Shown here one piece after another: positions 46,315 to 55,698 of a DNA stretch of 64,000 nucleotides. Below the pieces are notes generated by a model. The model searched no databases, was not told the DNA's origin, and saw nothing but the letters and a program-made list of their open reading frames with translations. The position numbers were made by a program, and so were the translations under genes. Origin of the DNA: Alphaproteobacteria bacterium (GTDB taxonomy: Bacteria; Pseudomonadota; Alphaproteobacteria; UBA2136; UBA6156); contig JAIXUT010000030.1 in the NCBI GenBank assembly GCA_027483385.1, positions 2,659 to 66,658 on the forward strand, in the 5' to 3' direction. Position 1 is the first letter of the stretch; each line of letters opens with the position of its first letter.

Positions 46315-46662
46315 ATGAAGATTGTGAGTCTCTGTGTCGCCCTCATAGCGACAGTTTTTCTTTCCATCTTCCCCATCCCTGTCGTGGCAGATGGGGTCGG
46401 GTGGAAATGGATTGAACCGTACAACAATGGCTGCCGATGTGCCTCACTCGATGGCAGCCTCTGCACCTACTTCCAAACCCGATCGCACAACAGGGCCATG
46501 CTGGTTACGGGAAAGTGTGCAAGCCAGACGACTGAGGGCGGACAAACGGTCATGCAAGTCGGCGCTGCGCGCGGACGGAGGGGAGAACTGATTACCCTTC
46601 CTTCACGTTCAATTTGCGATCTTCCCGGCCGCAACTGCAAAACGAACACGACTTCACCATGA
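46315..46662 (+). CDS. small secreted Cys-rich protein (115 aa), low-GC islet
   Basis: Signal peptide MKIVSLCVALIATVFLSIFPIPVVA. 6 Cys in the mature part. Lower GC than the flanking DNA. Confidence 0.5.
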   Translation: MKIVSLCVALIATVFLSIFPIPVVADGVGWKWIEPYNNGCRCASLDGSLCTYFQTRSHNRAMLVTGKCASQTTEGGQTVMQVGAARGRRGELITLPSRSICDLPGRNCKTNTTSP

Positions 46663-46671
46663 GGTGAAGCA

Positions 46672-46693
46672 AGCCTGGCGAGTATTCACTCGC
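46672..46693. terminator. hairpin between convergent genes
   Basis: ctggcgagtattcactcgccag. Confidence 0.4.
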
Positions 46694-46705
46694 CAGGCAA
46701 AATTT

Positions 46706-47980
46706 TTAGTCGGGTGCCGCACCGCCTTCAGCGCCACCTGCAGGTCCCGAACCTCCATCACGCCCACCGGCACCTCCATCGACGCCTGAATCAGTTTGTC
46801 CACCACCTTGGGGACTTCCATGATCATTTTGAGAGGTGGTAGTAGAACCAGTCGTCCATCGTTTATTTACAATATCTTCACTCCAGCAAGCATGTTCAAT
46901 CATCATTGGTGTGCTCGCTTCTTCCCTAGTAATATAGGCCAAATCGATGCCAAGAGATTCAAGGGATGTACTTAAAGTTTGATTCACAGGGCCACTAATC
47001 GGCCCCCCACAGGTTGTATTAAGTTCATGAAAGTTTTCAATTTTACTCCAATTCTTAACATATATTGGAGTACGCTGACCTGTCCATTGATTGGTTTCCC
47101 AAACGGTAGAGGTTTCGCTGCCTGAGGTAGTAATACTATTATTAGTATAATGGGAGGTACAAACTTGAGCCGAATCTTCAACAGAGAACTGCTCATGAAC
47201 CCATCGGGCCCCACAACCTTCATTGCAGTCGCTGTTGTTCATTTCAAAACGTGAGAAAGTTTTATCATGACAAGCGGTTCTAATAATCGTTTGAACTGTG
47301 CGCGTACAATTTATGCTGCTTATAGCCCATGCCCCGTGGGCCGATGTTTGCACCGTCCCGTTCGCGGCAATTGTTTCAAGATTGGTGCGCAAGAGCCCTA
47401 CGCTACCTGACCACCCACCGTTCGCCGCACTCGCATTGGCCCATTGGGTAGCCAAAATCCCGCCTAAAGTACTTGCTATGCCGGCATTAGTAGGGGCTGG
47501 GCAGGCTTCGCTGCGGTATTCGGGTACATAGCGTGAACACCCGCTAGCATTAACGATTTCCAGCGGGGCCCCGGTAAGGGTGACCGTTTGCCCACAATTC
47601 TGAATCTGGTACTCGCGTCGTACGGTGGCGTTGCCGGCCCACCCGTTGCCCTGACCCAGTTCGTTGCAGCTAACTGATTCTGTCACCCGCTGGGTGGGCC
47701 AGCGGCATTGCCACTGAGTGGTATTGGTGAGGCTGGTGTTACATATATCGGCATTGTTTACCCCCACCACACTGGTCGGAATCATGCAATCGGCAGGGCA
47801 AACCATGAGGCTGTTATCGGTAATTTGTAGCAAGCAGGAGCTGCGGGAACTGGCTTCTTGAACCATGGTTTGCATGGCTTCCACCATCGCGGTGCTTTCG
47901 GTGATGGGCAAGGCGACCCGCTCAAGCGCGGCGGCTGGCAACGCCAGCAAGCATAACCATAGGAAAAACCATCGTTGCAT
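46706..47980 (-). CDS. secreted Cys-rich, Asn/Thr/Ser-rich protein (424 aa) with a Gly-rich C-terminal tail; low-GC islet
   Basis: Signal peptide MQRWFFLWLCLLALPAAALE. About 27 Cys. Many N-x-S/T sequons. Tail GSPQGGGQTDSGVDGGAGGRDGGSGPAGG. GC is clearly lower, for example at 46800-47300. Confidence 0.6.
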   Translation of the reverse strand: MQRWFFLWLCLLALPAAALERVALPITESTAMVEAMQTMVQEASSRSSCLLQITDNSLMVCPADCMIPTSVVGVNNADICNTSLTNTTQWQCRWPTQRVTESVSCNELGQGNGWAGNATVRREYQIQNCGQTVTLTGAPLEIVNASGCSRYVPEYRSEACPAPTNAGIASTLGGILATQWANASAANGGWSGSVGLLRTNLETIAANGTVQTSAHGAWAISSINCTRTVQTIIRTACHDKTFSRFEMNNSDCNEGCGARWVHEQFSVEDSAQVCTSHYTNNSITTSGSETSTVWETNQWTGQRTPIYVKNWSKIENFHELNTTCGGPISGPVNQTLSTSLESLGIDLAYITREEASTPMMIEHACWSEDIVNKRWTTGSTTTSQNDHGSPQGGGQTDSGVDGGAGGRDGGSGPAGGAEGGAAPD

Positions 47981-48086
47981 ACCCTAGTTTATAGAACAAC
48001 CAGCCAGCTGCGCTGACATTTTAACAAAAGTAATCATTTGAAGGGTTAAGACAGGATAAAAATACCACAACCCTGCCAACACCCCC

Positions 48087-48299
48087 TTACAACTGCTGGA
48101 TGAGTTCCTGACGTAATTTTAAGAGTTCAACGTCATTCTTGCCTGGCACCCGCCACTCCACGCCGTCGCGCAGGATAATCCGCAGAAAAGGGGGGTCGTT
48201 GGGTTTGTTTGGGTCGATGGAAACTCCACTGATGACTTGCAAATGGTGACGATTAAAATAGATATCTTGGAAGTGGATGAAATCTTTGGGCATATTCAT
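48087..48299 (-). CDS. hypothetical small protein (70 aa)
   Basis: ORF track. Lies 12 nt downstream of the NusA-like gene on the same strand. Confidence 0.4.
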   Translation of the reverse strand: MNMPKDFIHFQDIYFNRHHLQVISGVSIDPNKPNDPPFLRIILRDGVEWRVPGKNDVELLKLRQELIQQL

Positions 48300-48311
48300 A
48301 CTTTCGTTTGG

Positions 48312-49205
48312 TTACAATACCACCTGTTCACGTTCGGGGGCAATTTTTTGCAGCATGCTCTGGAAGGTGCGGAGTTTGCGCGGGTCGGCGCCTTCTAAGG
48401 GTGTATGAATCACAATTTTGGTGGGTTCTAACACCGCAATTTTGCAGGCCTTCCAGGCGTTGTTGATAAAGTGCTTGATTTCGCTGTCGCGTTTTTCCTG
48501 CTCGGTTTCGCCTTTGCCGTCGGGAATCAGGGTAATCCGCCGCAGCCCCAGCACGGTTTGCAGGTGCTTGACGTTAATCCCGTCAGCTTCCAACCACGCA
48601 CTCATGTGCTCAGGCGCCATCCGTAGCACCGCCCAGCTATTCGAAGCCCCCATCCAGATGGCACTGATACTGCCGGGGTAATATTCCTCGGTTACCGCGG
48701 CCACAAATTCCTTCCCACGGCGGCTGGCATGGCGCATTTTGGAAACAGGGTCCAGCGCTGCACACATCGCCAATACTTGTTTGGTGCCGACAGGCGGTTT
48801 TTCATGAAAATCGGCCACCGCCACCAGGCTTTCGGGGACAATCACAAATTTATCTTCGTTCACGCGGTAAATAATCCCGCCGTCGCGGTAGCCTGCCACT
48901 TCGCCCTCTAAAATTCGGCCTGGTGCGCCATCGCCGTACTGCAGCACTTCCATGGCACTGATCAGCTGCTTGGTGTTGGGCAGAATCGGGTTGTTGATAT
49001 CAATCCACACCCCGTGCTCGCCGTAGCCATTGCGGCGCCGCACGGTAATATCGGCCAGTTCCAAATTCACATCGCATTCCACATGCATACCGCGGTCGAC
49101 GTAACTGAGCCGGATTGCATTGCTCAAGGCCAGTTCAATCTGCCGGTTGGTCCAGCCGTATTCGGCGCCAATTTGCTGAATGGTGGGGATATCGAGAATA
49201 TTCAT
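48312..49205 (-). CDS. NusA-like protein (NusA N-terminal domain + S1 + one KH domain; short paralog)
   Basis: IQQIGAEYGWTNRQIELALSNAIRLS aligns with the NusA N-terminus EKALPREKIFEALESALATA. GRILEGEVAGYRDGGIIYRVNEDKFVIVPESL has an S1-like pattern. EEYYPGSISAIWMGAS aligns with AARDPGSRAKIAVKTND. A KH-like GINVKHLQTVLGLRRITLI follows. The KH2 and AR domains are missing. Confidence 0.5.
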   Translation of the reverse strand: MNILDIPTIQQIGAEYGWTNRQIELALSNAIRLSYVDRGMHVECDVNLELADITVRRRNGYGEHGVWIDINNPILPNTKQLISAMEVLQYGDGAPGRILEGEVAGYRDGGIIYRVNEDKFVIVPESLVAVADFHEKPPVGTKQVLAMCAALDPVSKMRHASRRGKEFVAAVTEEYYPGSISAIWMGASNSWAVLRMAPEHMSAWLEADGINVKHLQTVLGLRRITLIPDGKGETEQEKRDSEIKHFINNAWKACKIAVLEPTKIVIHTPLEGADPRKLRTFQSMLQKIAPEREQVVL

Positions 49206-49250
49206 GTGCCGTACCTTTAATAAGTGGCTTAGGTGTTGCTTGAATTTAAG

Positions 49251-50231
49251 CTACAGCGGGGGCAGGTCGGGCGTCAAGGGTGGTAAAGAGAAGCTGTCAG
49301 GTGGCAGGGTAGGCCCGCCTTGTGGGGCTATCAGGCCATCTTGGCTAAACTGGGCCACGGTGCCTTGCTTGCTGCGCAGCACAATTATGGTCAGGCGGCG
49401 ATTTTTCACATGGGTCGGCTGGTCGGGCAGCAGGGGTTCGCTGCTGGCAAAGCCGGCCACGCGGCTTACGCGGCGTTCGGGCACGCCTTCCATGGTGATG
49501 ACGCGGCGCATGGCCTGGGCGCGGTCGGCACTCAGGTTCCAGTTATCGTAGTTGGGCCGTTGCCCGCGGTAAGGTACGGTATCGGTATGGCCGCCAAGCG
49601 CCAAACGGTTGGGTAGCTTGCCCAACACCCCACCCACCACGCCCAGCAGCTGTTCGGTCAGGCTGTTCATTTCGGCACTTCCTTGCGCAAACAGTTCGCG
49701 GCCAGCCGCATCGGTGATGGAAATCCGCAGGCCTTCCGGTGTTACGTCAATCAACATGTTATCCAGCATGGCTTTGAGTTGTGGAATATTCATCACCGCC
49801 TTGGTCATCTCTTCTGCCACGGCGCGGAACATGGCATCTTCTTTGGCTTTCACGGCCAGTTCGGCGTCGGTTTCGGCCCCTGGCGGGGTGGGTGGAGCTA
49901 GTTCCAGCGGGGCAGCGGGGGTAGCGTGCGCGGGCATTTCCACGGCTGCCGAGCCGCCCATAATCCCCGTCCCCCCGCCGTACTGGCTGGCATCGCTGGG
50001 TGGGTTAAAATAATAGGCAATACCTTGCTTTTGTTCTTCCGATGACACCGCGAGCAGCCACAGCAGCAAAAAGAACGCCATCATGGCGGTGACGAAGTCG
50101 GCATAGGCCACCTTCCAGGCGCCGCCGTGGTGGCCATGGCCGCCGCCGCGCGCCTTTTTTTTAACAACAATCACTTGCCCTGGTGGGCCACCACTGCCGC
50201 CGCCGGTTGGCGCACCACCTGCTTCGGCCAT
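49251..50231 (-). CDS. motB: flagellar motor stator protein MotB
   Basis: The plug/TM region VIVVKKKARGGGHGHHGGAWKVAYADFVTAMMAFFLLLWLL aligns with E. coli MotB. OmpA-like C-terminal domain. Confidence 0.9.
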   Translation of the reverse strand: MAEAGGAPTGGGSGGPPGQVIVVKKKARGGGHGHHGGAWKVAYADFVTAMMAFFLLLWLLAVSSEEQKQGIAYYFNPPSDASQYGGGTGIMGGSAAVEMPAHATPAAPLELAPPTPPGAETDAELAVKAKEDAMFRAVAEEMTKAVMNIPQLKAMLDNMLIDVTPEGLRISITDAAGRELFAQGSAEMNSLTEQLLGVVGGVLGKLPNRLALGGHTDTVPYRGQRPNYDNWNLSADRAQAMRRVITMEGVPERRVSRVAGFASSEPLLPDQPTHVKNRRLTIIVLRSKQGTVAQFSQDGLIAPQGGPTLPPDSFSLPPLTPDLPPL

Positions 50232-51097
50232 TAACCGGCTGTCCCGATTTTATTCAAATACTCTTCGGCTTCTTGGAAGCTTGGCCGAACGGTGCCTGGC
50301 ATTTGCTTGCGGGTAAATTCACAGATAATCTGCGGCGAAAGCTGGCGGGCAAAATTCACAATCGCTACCTTGAGGCAGACATAAAAGGCATGTTCGCCCG
50401 CGTATTGCGCTTCCATGTTTTTGGCCATCGGGCCAATCACGCCGTAGCTCATCAGTACCCCAAAGAACGTACCCACCAGCGCCGCGCCAATCAACTTCCC
50501 TAAAATTTCCGGAGGTTCGGTGATGCTTCCCATGGTTACAATCACCCCCAATACTGCCGCCACGATACCCAGTGCAGGCATGCCGTCGGCCATATTATTA
50601 AAAGCATTCACCACCGCGTGGCGTTCGGTGTGGTGCAAATGAATTTCCTCGTCCATGAGTTCATCCAGTTGATTGGGCAAGCCACTGCCCATCACAATCA
50701 GACGCACGTTATCGCAAATAAAAGCTTCAATATGGTGGTCTTTGGTCAGGGCGGGATATTTTTTAAACAGGGCACTGTCGTGGGGGTGGTCGATATGCTG
50801 CTCCACCTCTTTAATCCCCTTGGTGCGCATGGCTTTGGCGAGCTCGAAGAAAAACCCCATAATTTGCATGAAGGTATCTTTTTTATGAAACGGCAAACCA
50901 GTCAGCAGTACTTTAAAGCCGCCCCCCGAGGCCTTGATGACGTGAATCGGGTTGGCAATGATGAACGCGCCAATCGCGGCACCGCCGATAATCACGAACT
51001 CGCTGGGCTGCCACAGTACCGAAAGCTTACCATGGTGCATAAGGTAGCCGGCCACCACCGAGCCCAGACCAAACACCATGCCGATGAGAAATAACAT
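50231..51097 (-). CDS. motA: flagellar motor stator protein MotA
   Basis: 4-TM protein. LGALIGAALVGTFFGVLMSYG aligns with the MotA TM3-4 region. Start codon overlaps the motB gene. Confidence 0.9.
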   Translation of the reverse strand: MLFLIGMVFGLGSVVAGYLMHHGKLSVLWQPSEFVIIGGAAIGAFIIANPIHVIKASGGGFKVLLTGLPFHKKDTFMQIMGFFFELAKAMRTKGIKEVEQHIDHPHDSALFKKYPALTKDHHIEAFICDNVRLIVMGSGLPNQLDELMDEEIHLHHTERHAVVNAFNNMADGMPALGIVAAVLGVIVTMGSITEPPEILGKLIGAALVGTFFGVLMSYGVIGPMAKNMEAQYAGEHAFYVCLKVAIVNFARQLSPQIICEFTRKQMPGTVRPSFQEAEEYLNKIGTAG

Positions 51098-51187
51098 AGC
51101 GCCAACCTAAACGCGTGACAGCCTTAGCGAAAGGGGGGCAACGCGGCTTTCCCCGACCCCCTGTGGCGCCAAGGTTAAGCGTACCGA

Positions 51188-51862
51188 TTAGCGCTGGCGT
51201 AATTGGGGAGGGGTGTAGTCAAAGAAGCCTTTGGCAAAGGCCACGCCCCGCACGGGCTTGGTAAAGCTTACCTGGGTGGTGACGCCCAGGGTATCAGTAG
51301 CAGCAAAACCTGTTAAAGTAGGCAAGTTGGGCACGTTGCTGAAGCTCAGTACCACGCGGCGCAGCCCTTGGGCATCACGTTGCTGGGGCAGTGCCGCCAA
51401 TGAAACTGTGCGGGTATCATTCAGCGCTTTGATGCCATTCACCCTTAGGCCCACTTTGCTTAAATTAAGGCGCTGGCCGCGCAGCAGGCGCCCCAGGCCC
51501 GCATCGAGCGGCAGTTGGGTCACTTGGTTATCGCCACGCGTGGCCGATTGATCGAGGTAATACACGGCGGTACCCGTGCCCACAATCCGTTGCCGAATGG
51601 GGGTTTGGTATTGCCATAAAAATTGCCCCTTGCCGCGATTAAGCGAAAATACGCCAGCTGCCACCACCCGCGGGTTATCGGTTTGGGTTTGGGTAAAATT
51701 GGCTTGCAGGGTTTCTAGATTATTAAAATAATCCTCTACCAGCCGCGTGGCGGCCAGCAGGTCGGCGTTGGGGATATTGGGCCTGACTGGGGTTGTGGGG
51801 CTTTGCGCATATGTGCTGCCCAACGTAGCCAATACCAACAACACTGTGGTAAAGATGCGCAT
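51188..51862 (-). CDS. lolA: outer-membrane lipoprotein carrier protein LolA-like
   Basis: Signal peptide MRIFTTVLLVLATLGSTYAQ. The F.Q.FTQT pattern and C-terminal FDYTPPQ resemble LolA (FTFTPPQ in E. coli). Confidence 0.65.
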   Translation of the reverse strand: MRIFTTVLLVLATLGSTYAQSPTTPVRPNIPNADLLAATRLVEDYFNNLETLQANFTQTQTDNPRVVAAGVFSLNRGKGQFLWQYQTPIRQRIVGTGTAVYYLDQSATRGDNQVTQLPLDAGLGRLLRGQRLNLSKVGLRVNGIKALNDTRTVSLAALPQQRDAQGLRRVVLSFSNVPNLPTLTGFAATDTLGVTTQVSFTKPVRGVAFAKGFFDYTPPQLRQR

Positions 51863-52517
51863 GAACAATTCCCCCTTGGTTGGCCCGCAGCGCATCCCGC
51901 ATGGGGCCACGCACATGTTGGTATGCTTACACGGTTTTGGTGCCGACGGGAACGATTTGTTAAGCCTGGCAAGCCCCTTGCAAGCCGCGCTGGCCGCAAG
52001 TGGCGTGGTGCTGGGGGTGGCCTGCCCCCACGCGCCAACCCCCACCCCGATGGGACAGGGACGACAGTGGTTCCGCGATATGGGCTGGAAATTTAACGAC
52101 CGCGAAGGCCTGGCCCAGCTGCTGCCAAGTCTCAATTCTTACCTCCAAGAGCTGCAGGCGGCTCATGAAATTTCTCCAGCCAACACCGTGCTGTTGGGGT
52201 TCAGCCAGGGCGCAATGACTTTGCTCGGCCTGCTGCCCAGCCTGCAACCCCAACCAGCTGGTGTGGTAGCGCTGTGCGGTGCCCTCACCATGCCGCCAGC
52301 AACCAGCAACCCCATCAAGCCCCCCATTTTGCTGATTCATGGCACCGATGATGATATCCTGCCCGCCGACGCCAGCGTACAGGCCGCAAGCTGGCTGGAG
52401 GGCGCGGGCTACCCGTGCCAGCTGCATCTGCAACCTGGGCTTGGCCACGGCATCGATGCCGCCACGCTGGCGCAGGTGGTGGTATGGCTGGGCGAACTTT
52501 GGGCTAAAGCTGCGTAG
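51855..52517 (+). CDS. phospholipase/carboxylesterase-family alpha/beta hydrolase
   Basis: LVCLHGFGADGNDL. Nucleophile elbow GFSQGA. Start placed at MRMNNS, which overlaps the lolA start head-to-head by about 8 nt. Confidence 0.75.
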   Translation: MRMNNSPLVGPQRIPHGATHMLVCLHGFGADGNDLLSLASPLQAALAASGVVLGVACPHAPTPTPMGQGRQWFRDMGWKFNDREGLAQLLPSLNSYLQELQAAHEISPANTVLLGFSQGAMTLLGLLPSLQPQPAGVVALCGALTMPPATSNPIKPPILLIHGTDDDILPADASVQAASWLEGAGYPCQLHLQPGLGHGIDAATLAQVVVWLGELWAKAA

Positions 52518-53169
52518 CTACCAGCGCTGCCACCACGGCCGTATCGGTGCGTAAAATCGTGGGGCCGAGGCTGAACGGCTTAATGCACGAGTGTGCTTGC
52601 AGCACGGCCACTTCGGCGGGGCTGAAGCCGCCTTCGGGGCCGATCAAAACTTGAGAAGCTGATGAGGGCGAACTGCCGCCGCGCTCGTACGCCCAGGCGC
52701 AGGGGGTGGATAAAGTTTTTATCCAGCCTGTTAAACTTTGCGGCGCGGCCAGGGTGGGCAGCGTGAGGCGTTCGCACTGTTCGGCGGCTTCAATCAGTAG
52801 CCCTTCGGCGCGGGCGGCGTTAAATTTATCGCGCTGGGAATACTGGGTGGTGAGGGGCTGAATCGCCGCCACGCCCAGTTCGGTGGCTTGCCGCAGCGCG
52901 GCTTCCCAGGCCTCGCGCTTGGGCAGGCCAAGCACCAGAGTAGCGCCGCTGACGGTGGGCTGTGGTTGCAGCTGTTCCAGCACCTCGGCGGTGCGGGCCT
53001 TTGGGTCGGAAATTTTAGCCCGCCAGAGGCCCTGCGCGCCATTAAACAAGGCCACTTCGGCACCTTCATTCAGCCGTAACACGCGGTGCAAGCGGGCTTG
53101 TAAAGCTTCGGGGAAAGCTAAGTGCGCTCCTTGGGCGAGCGGCGCATTGAGGTAAAGGTGTTTAAGCAT
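52504..53169 (-). CDS. rsmE: 16S rRNA (uracil1498-N3)-methyltransferase RsmE
   Basis: C-terminal LIGPEGGFSPAEV...GPTILRTDTA matches the RsmE SPOUT domain. Confidence 0.8.
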   Translation of the reverse strand: MLKHLYLNAPLAQGAHLAFPEALQARLHRVLRLNEGAEVALFNGAQGLWRAKISDPKARTAEVLEQLQPQPTVSGATLVLGLPKREAWEAALRQATELGVAAIQPLTTQYSQRDKFNAARAEGLLIEAAEQCERLTLPTLAAPQSLTGWIKTLSTPCAWAYERGGSSPSSASQVLIGPEGGFSPAEVAVLQAHSCIKPFSLGPTILRTDTAVVAALVATQL

Positions 53170-53190
53170 TCTTGAGTGATAACATACCTT

Positions 53191-54219
53191 TTAGTGGTAC
53201 GAGAGGCCCGTCGCCTTGCCATGGAAAATTTTATACACGAAAAAGGTGTAGCCAAACATCACGGGCAGCACCAGCAGCGCCCCCACCAACATCAGGGCCA
53301 GGCTACCCGTGGCACTGGCGGCCTGCCAGATGGTGAGTTTTTCGGGCACCACGTATGGAAAGAAGCTATACGCCAGACCCAAAAAGCCCAGCAGCATCAG
53401 GGCCACTACGCAGGCAAAAGGTTGCCAGACAGCCGCCTTGAACACCTGCGGCTGCCGCAGCAGCCACCACAGGTAAGCAAACAGCGCGGCACTGAGTAAT
53501 GGCAGCGGCGCCAGCCAAAATACTTCGGGCAGGCTGAACCATTTATTCCAGATGCGGGCGCTGGCCAACGGGCTCATCAGGCTTACCGCCACCATCCCCA
53601 GTGCGGTGTAGCTTAAGGCTTCTCGTGCCCAGTGCACGGCCTTTTTTTGTAGCGCGCCTTCGGTTTTCATGATCAGCCAGCAGGCCCCAATTAAAGCATA
53701 GCCGGCGGCCAAGCACAGGCTAATCACCAGCGCAAACAGGGTTGCCACCGCGCCGTGCTGCAGGCCCAAAATATAGATCCCCAACATATAGCCCTGCATT
53801 AAGGCGGTGAGCAGGCTGCCGCCAAAGAAGGCCCAGTTCCAGAACTGTTGGTGGGGTTCCTTGGCCTTGGCCCGAAACTCGAATGCCACGCCCCGAAAAA
53901 TCAGGCCAATCAACATAAAAAATACTGGCAGATAGAGGGCAGTTAAAATCAGGCCGTGGGCCAGCGGGAAGGCCACCAACAGCAGCCCCACGGCCAGCAC
54001 CAGCCAGGTTTCATTGGCATCCCAAAAGGGGCCGATGCTGCCCATCATTAGGTCTTTGTCGTCTTTGTGGGTGGCCAGCGGGAAGAGAATCCCCACCCCC
54101 AAATCGTAGCCATCAAGCACCACATAGGTCACAATCGCAATCCCCATAAGTACCGCAAAAACCAAGGGCAGCGCCGCCACCACCGTGGGGTTGGCCAGCC
54201 AGAGCGTGAAGAATTCCAT
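53191..54219 (-). CDS. cydB: cytochrome bd-type quinol oxidase subunit II
   Basis: MEFFTLWLANPTVVAALPLVFAVLMGIAIVTYVVLDGYDLGVGIL is the CydB N-terminus. Confidence 0.9.
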   Translation of the reverse strand: MEFFTLWLANPTVVAALPLVFAVLMGIAIVTYVVLDGYDLGVGILFPLATHKDDKDLMMGSIGPFWDANETWLVLAVGLLLVAFPLAHGLILTALYLPVFFMLIGLIFRGVAFEFRAKAKEPHQQFWNWAFFGGSLLTALMQGYMLGIYILGLQHGAVATLFALVISLCLAAGYALIGACWLIMKTEGALQKKAVHWAREALSYTALGMVAVSLMSPLASARIWNKWFSLPEVFWLAPLPLLSAALFAYLWWLLRQPQVFKAAVWQPFACVVALMLLGFLGLAYSFFPYVVPEKLTIWQAASATGSLALMLVGALLVLPVMFGYTFFVYKIFHGKATGLSYH

Positions 54220-54222
54220 AGG

Positions 54223-55602
54223 TTAGCCTTTGTTCGTTTTATGGTAGCTCCAGCTGGGCAGGCTGGGGGTTTTGGCGGTACGGGCCTGCCGCGCCAGGTA
54301 AAACAGCGTGGTAAAATACGCCACCAGCAACAGCCCGTAGGTGGTCAGGTAGCCTGCCAGCGTCAGCGCAATGGTGTCGGCGGGCACGGGCCCGACCGCG
54401 TCGGCCACGCGCAGCACGCCACTCACCAGCCAAGGCTGGCGGCCGATTTCGGTCACGTACCAGCCGCTTAAGGTGGCTATCCAGCCGCTGCCAAACATCC
54501 CGAGCAACGTGTAAACCAGCCAGCGCGGTGGCTGTCCATTACGCTGGCGCCAGAGGACGTAGGCCCCCACCCAGCTTACCGCCAACATCATCAGGCCCAT
54601 GCCCACCATAATCCGAAAACCCCAAAACACGGGCGCCACGGGTGGATGATTGCCGATATAATCGTTTAACCCGGGTACCACGCCATCCACGCTGCCCGTG
54701 ACAAACCAGCTGGCGAGCGCAGGAATTTCTAAGGCATAATCGTTGCTGCGGGTGGTTTGGTTGGGGTGGGCGACAAGCACCAGCGGGGCATGGCTACGGG
54801 TCTCCCAGTTGGCTTCCATGGCGGCGATTTTGGCGGGCTGATGTTCCAGCGTATTCACCCCGTGGGCGTGGCCTAACCAAATTTGTAGCGGGATTAAAAT
54901 CGCCGCCAACCCTACGCCCGTTTGCATCGCCAATTTTACGGCTATGGTACGGTCGTGGCGTAACCAACGGTAGGCGGCCAACCCCGCCACCACAAACGCG
55001 GCGGTGAGACCGCTGGCCACCAGCGTATGGCCAAGGCGGTAGGGCAGGGAAGGATTGAACACAATCGCCAGCCAATCGGTGGGGTGCGCTTGCAACATGC
55101 CGCCAGGGCCTGTGGGCAGCATCTCAAAGCCTACGGGGGTATGCATCCAGCTGTTCAGCACCAAAATCCAGAAGGCCGAGAGCGTGGTGCCCAGCGCCAC
55201 CAGTAAGGTGGCCGTGGTATGGAGTTTGTCCGACACCTTACGGAAGCCAAATAGCATCACACCTAAAAAGGTGGCCTCCAAAAAGAAGGCCGTTAACACT
55301 TCGTAGGCCAGCAGCGGCCCGGCAATATTGCCTACACGCTCCATAAAACCTGGCCAGTTGGTGCCAAACTGGAAGCTCATGGTAATCCCGCTCACCACCC
55401 CCAGCGCAAAACTGAGCGCAAAGATTTTGGTGTAAAAAAAGTAGTTTTCCATCCACGCCAGGTTACCCGTGCGCGCATAGGCGAGCTTAAAAAACAGCAG
55501 CACCCAGCCCAGCGCAATGGTGAGCGCGGGAAAGATGAAATGAAAGGTAATATTGGCGGCAAACTGAAGGCGGGCGAGGAGGACGGGGTCGAGTGATTCC
55601 AT
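54223..55602 (-). CDS. cydA: cytochrome bd-type quinol oxidase subunit I (459 aa, short Q-loop, CIO-like)
   Basis: RLQFAANITFHFIFPALTIALGWVLLFF...GLMMLAVSW. Shorter than long-Q-loop CydA. Confidence 0.9.
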   Translation of the reverse strand: MESLDPVLLARLQFAANITFHFIFPALTIALGWVLLFFKLAYARTGNLAWMENYFFYTKIFALSFALGVVSGITMSFQFGTNWPGFMERVGNIAGPLLAYEVLTAFFLEATFLGVMLFGFRKVSDKLHTTATLLVALGTTLSAFWILVLNSWMHTPVGFEMLPTGPGGMLQAHPTDWLAIVFNPSLPYRLGHTLVASGLTAAFVVAGLAAYRWLRHDRTIAVKLAMQTGVGLAAILIPLQIWLGHAHGVNTLEHQPAKIAAMEANWETRSHAPLVLVAHPNQTTRSNDYALEIPALASWFVTGSVDGVVPGLNDYIGNHPPVAPVFWGFRIMVGMGLMMLAVSWVGAYVLWRQRNGQPPRWLVYTLLGMFGSGWIATLSGWYVTEIGRQPWLVSGVLRVADAVGPVPADTIALTLAGYLTTYGLLLVAYFTTLFYLARQARTAKTPSLPSWSYHKTNKG

Positions 55603-55661
55603 AAAAAATCCTTTATCAACGTCACCGTGCTAATCCTTGGCCCAGCCGCTGTCAATCGAAC

Positions 55662-55685
55662 TGAAAAAAATGGGCCAGCGCGGCC
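55662..55685 (-). terminator. rho-independent terminator after the PfkB kinase gene
   Basis: On the minus strand, gggccgcgctggccc followed by attttttt. Confidence 0.45.
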
Positions 55686-55698
55686 CAAAAGAGTGTGG

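Noticed and set aside
48312-49205. Considered FlhC/FlhD or YcgR (PilZ) identity for the gene downstream of motB
   Set aside because: The length and the Cys4 motif of FlhC are absent, and there is no PilZ RxxxR/DxSxxG motif. The sequence aligns much better with NusA NTD-S1-KH.
51098-51187. Sigma-28-like element (ccgattag) upstream of motA
   Set aside because: It is on the wrong strand for motA, and the -35 TAAAGTTT half could not be matched at the proper spacing.
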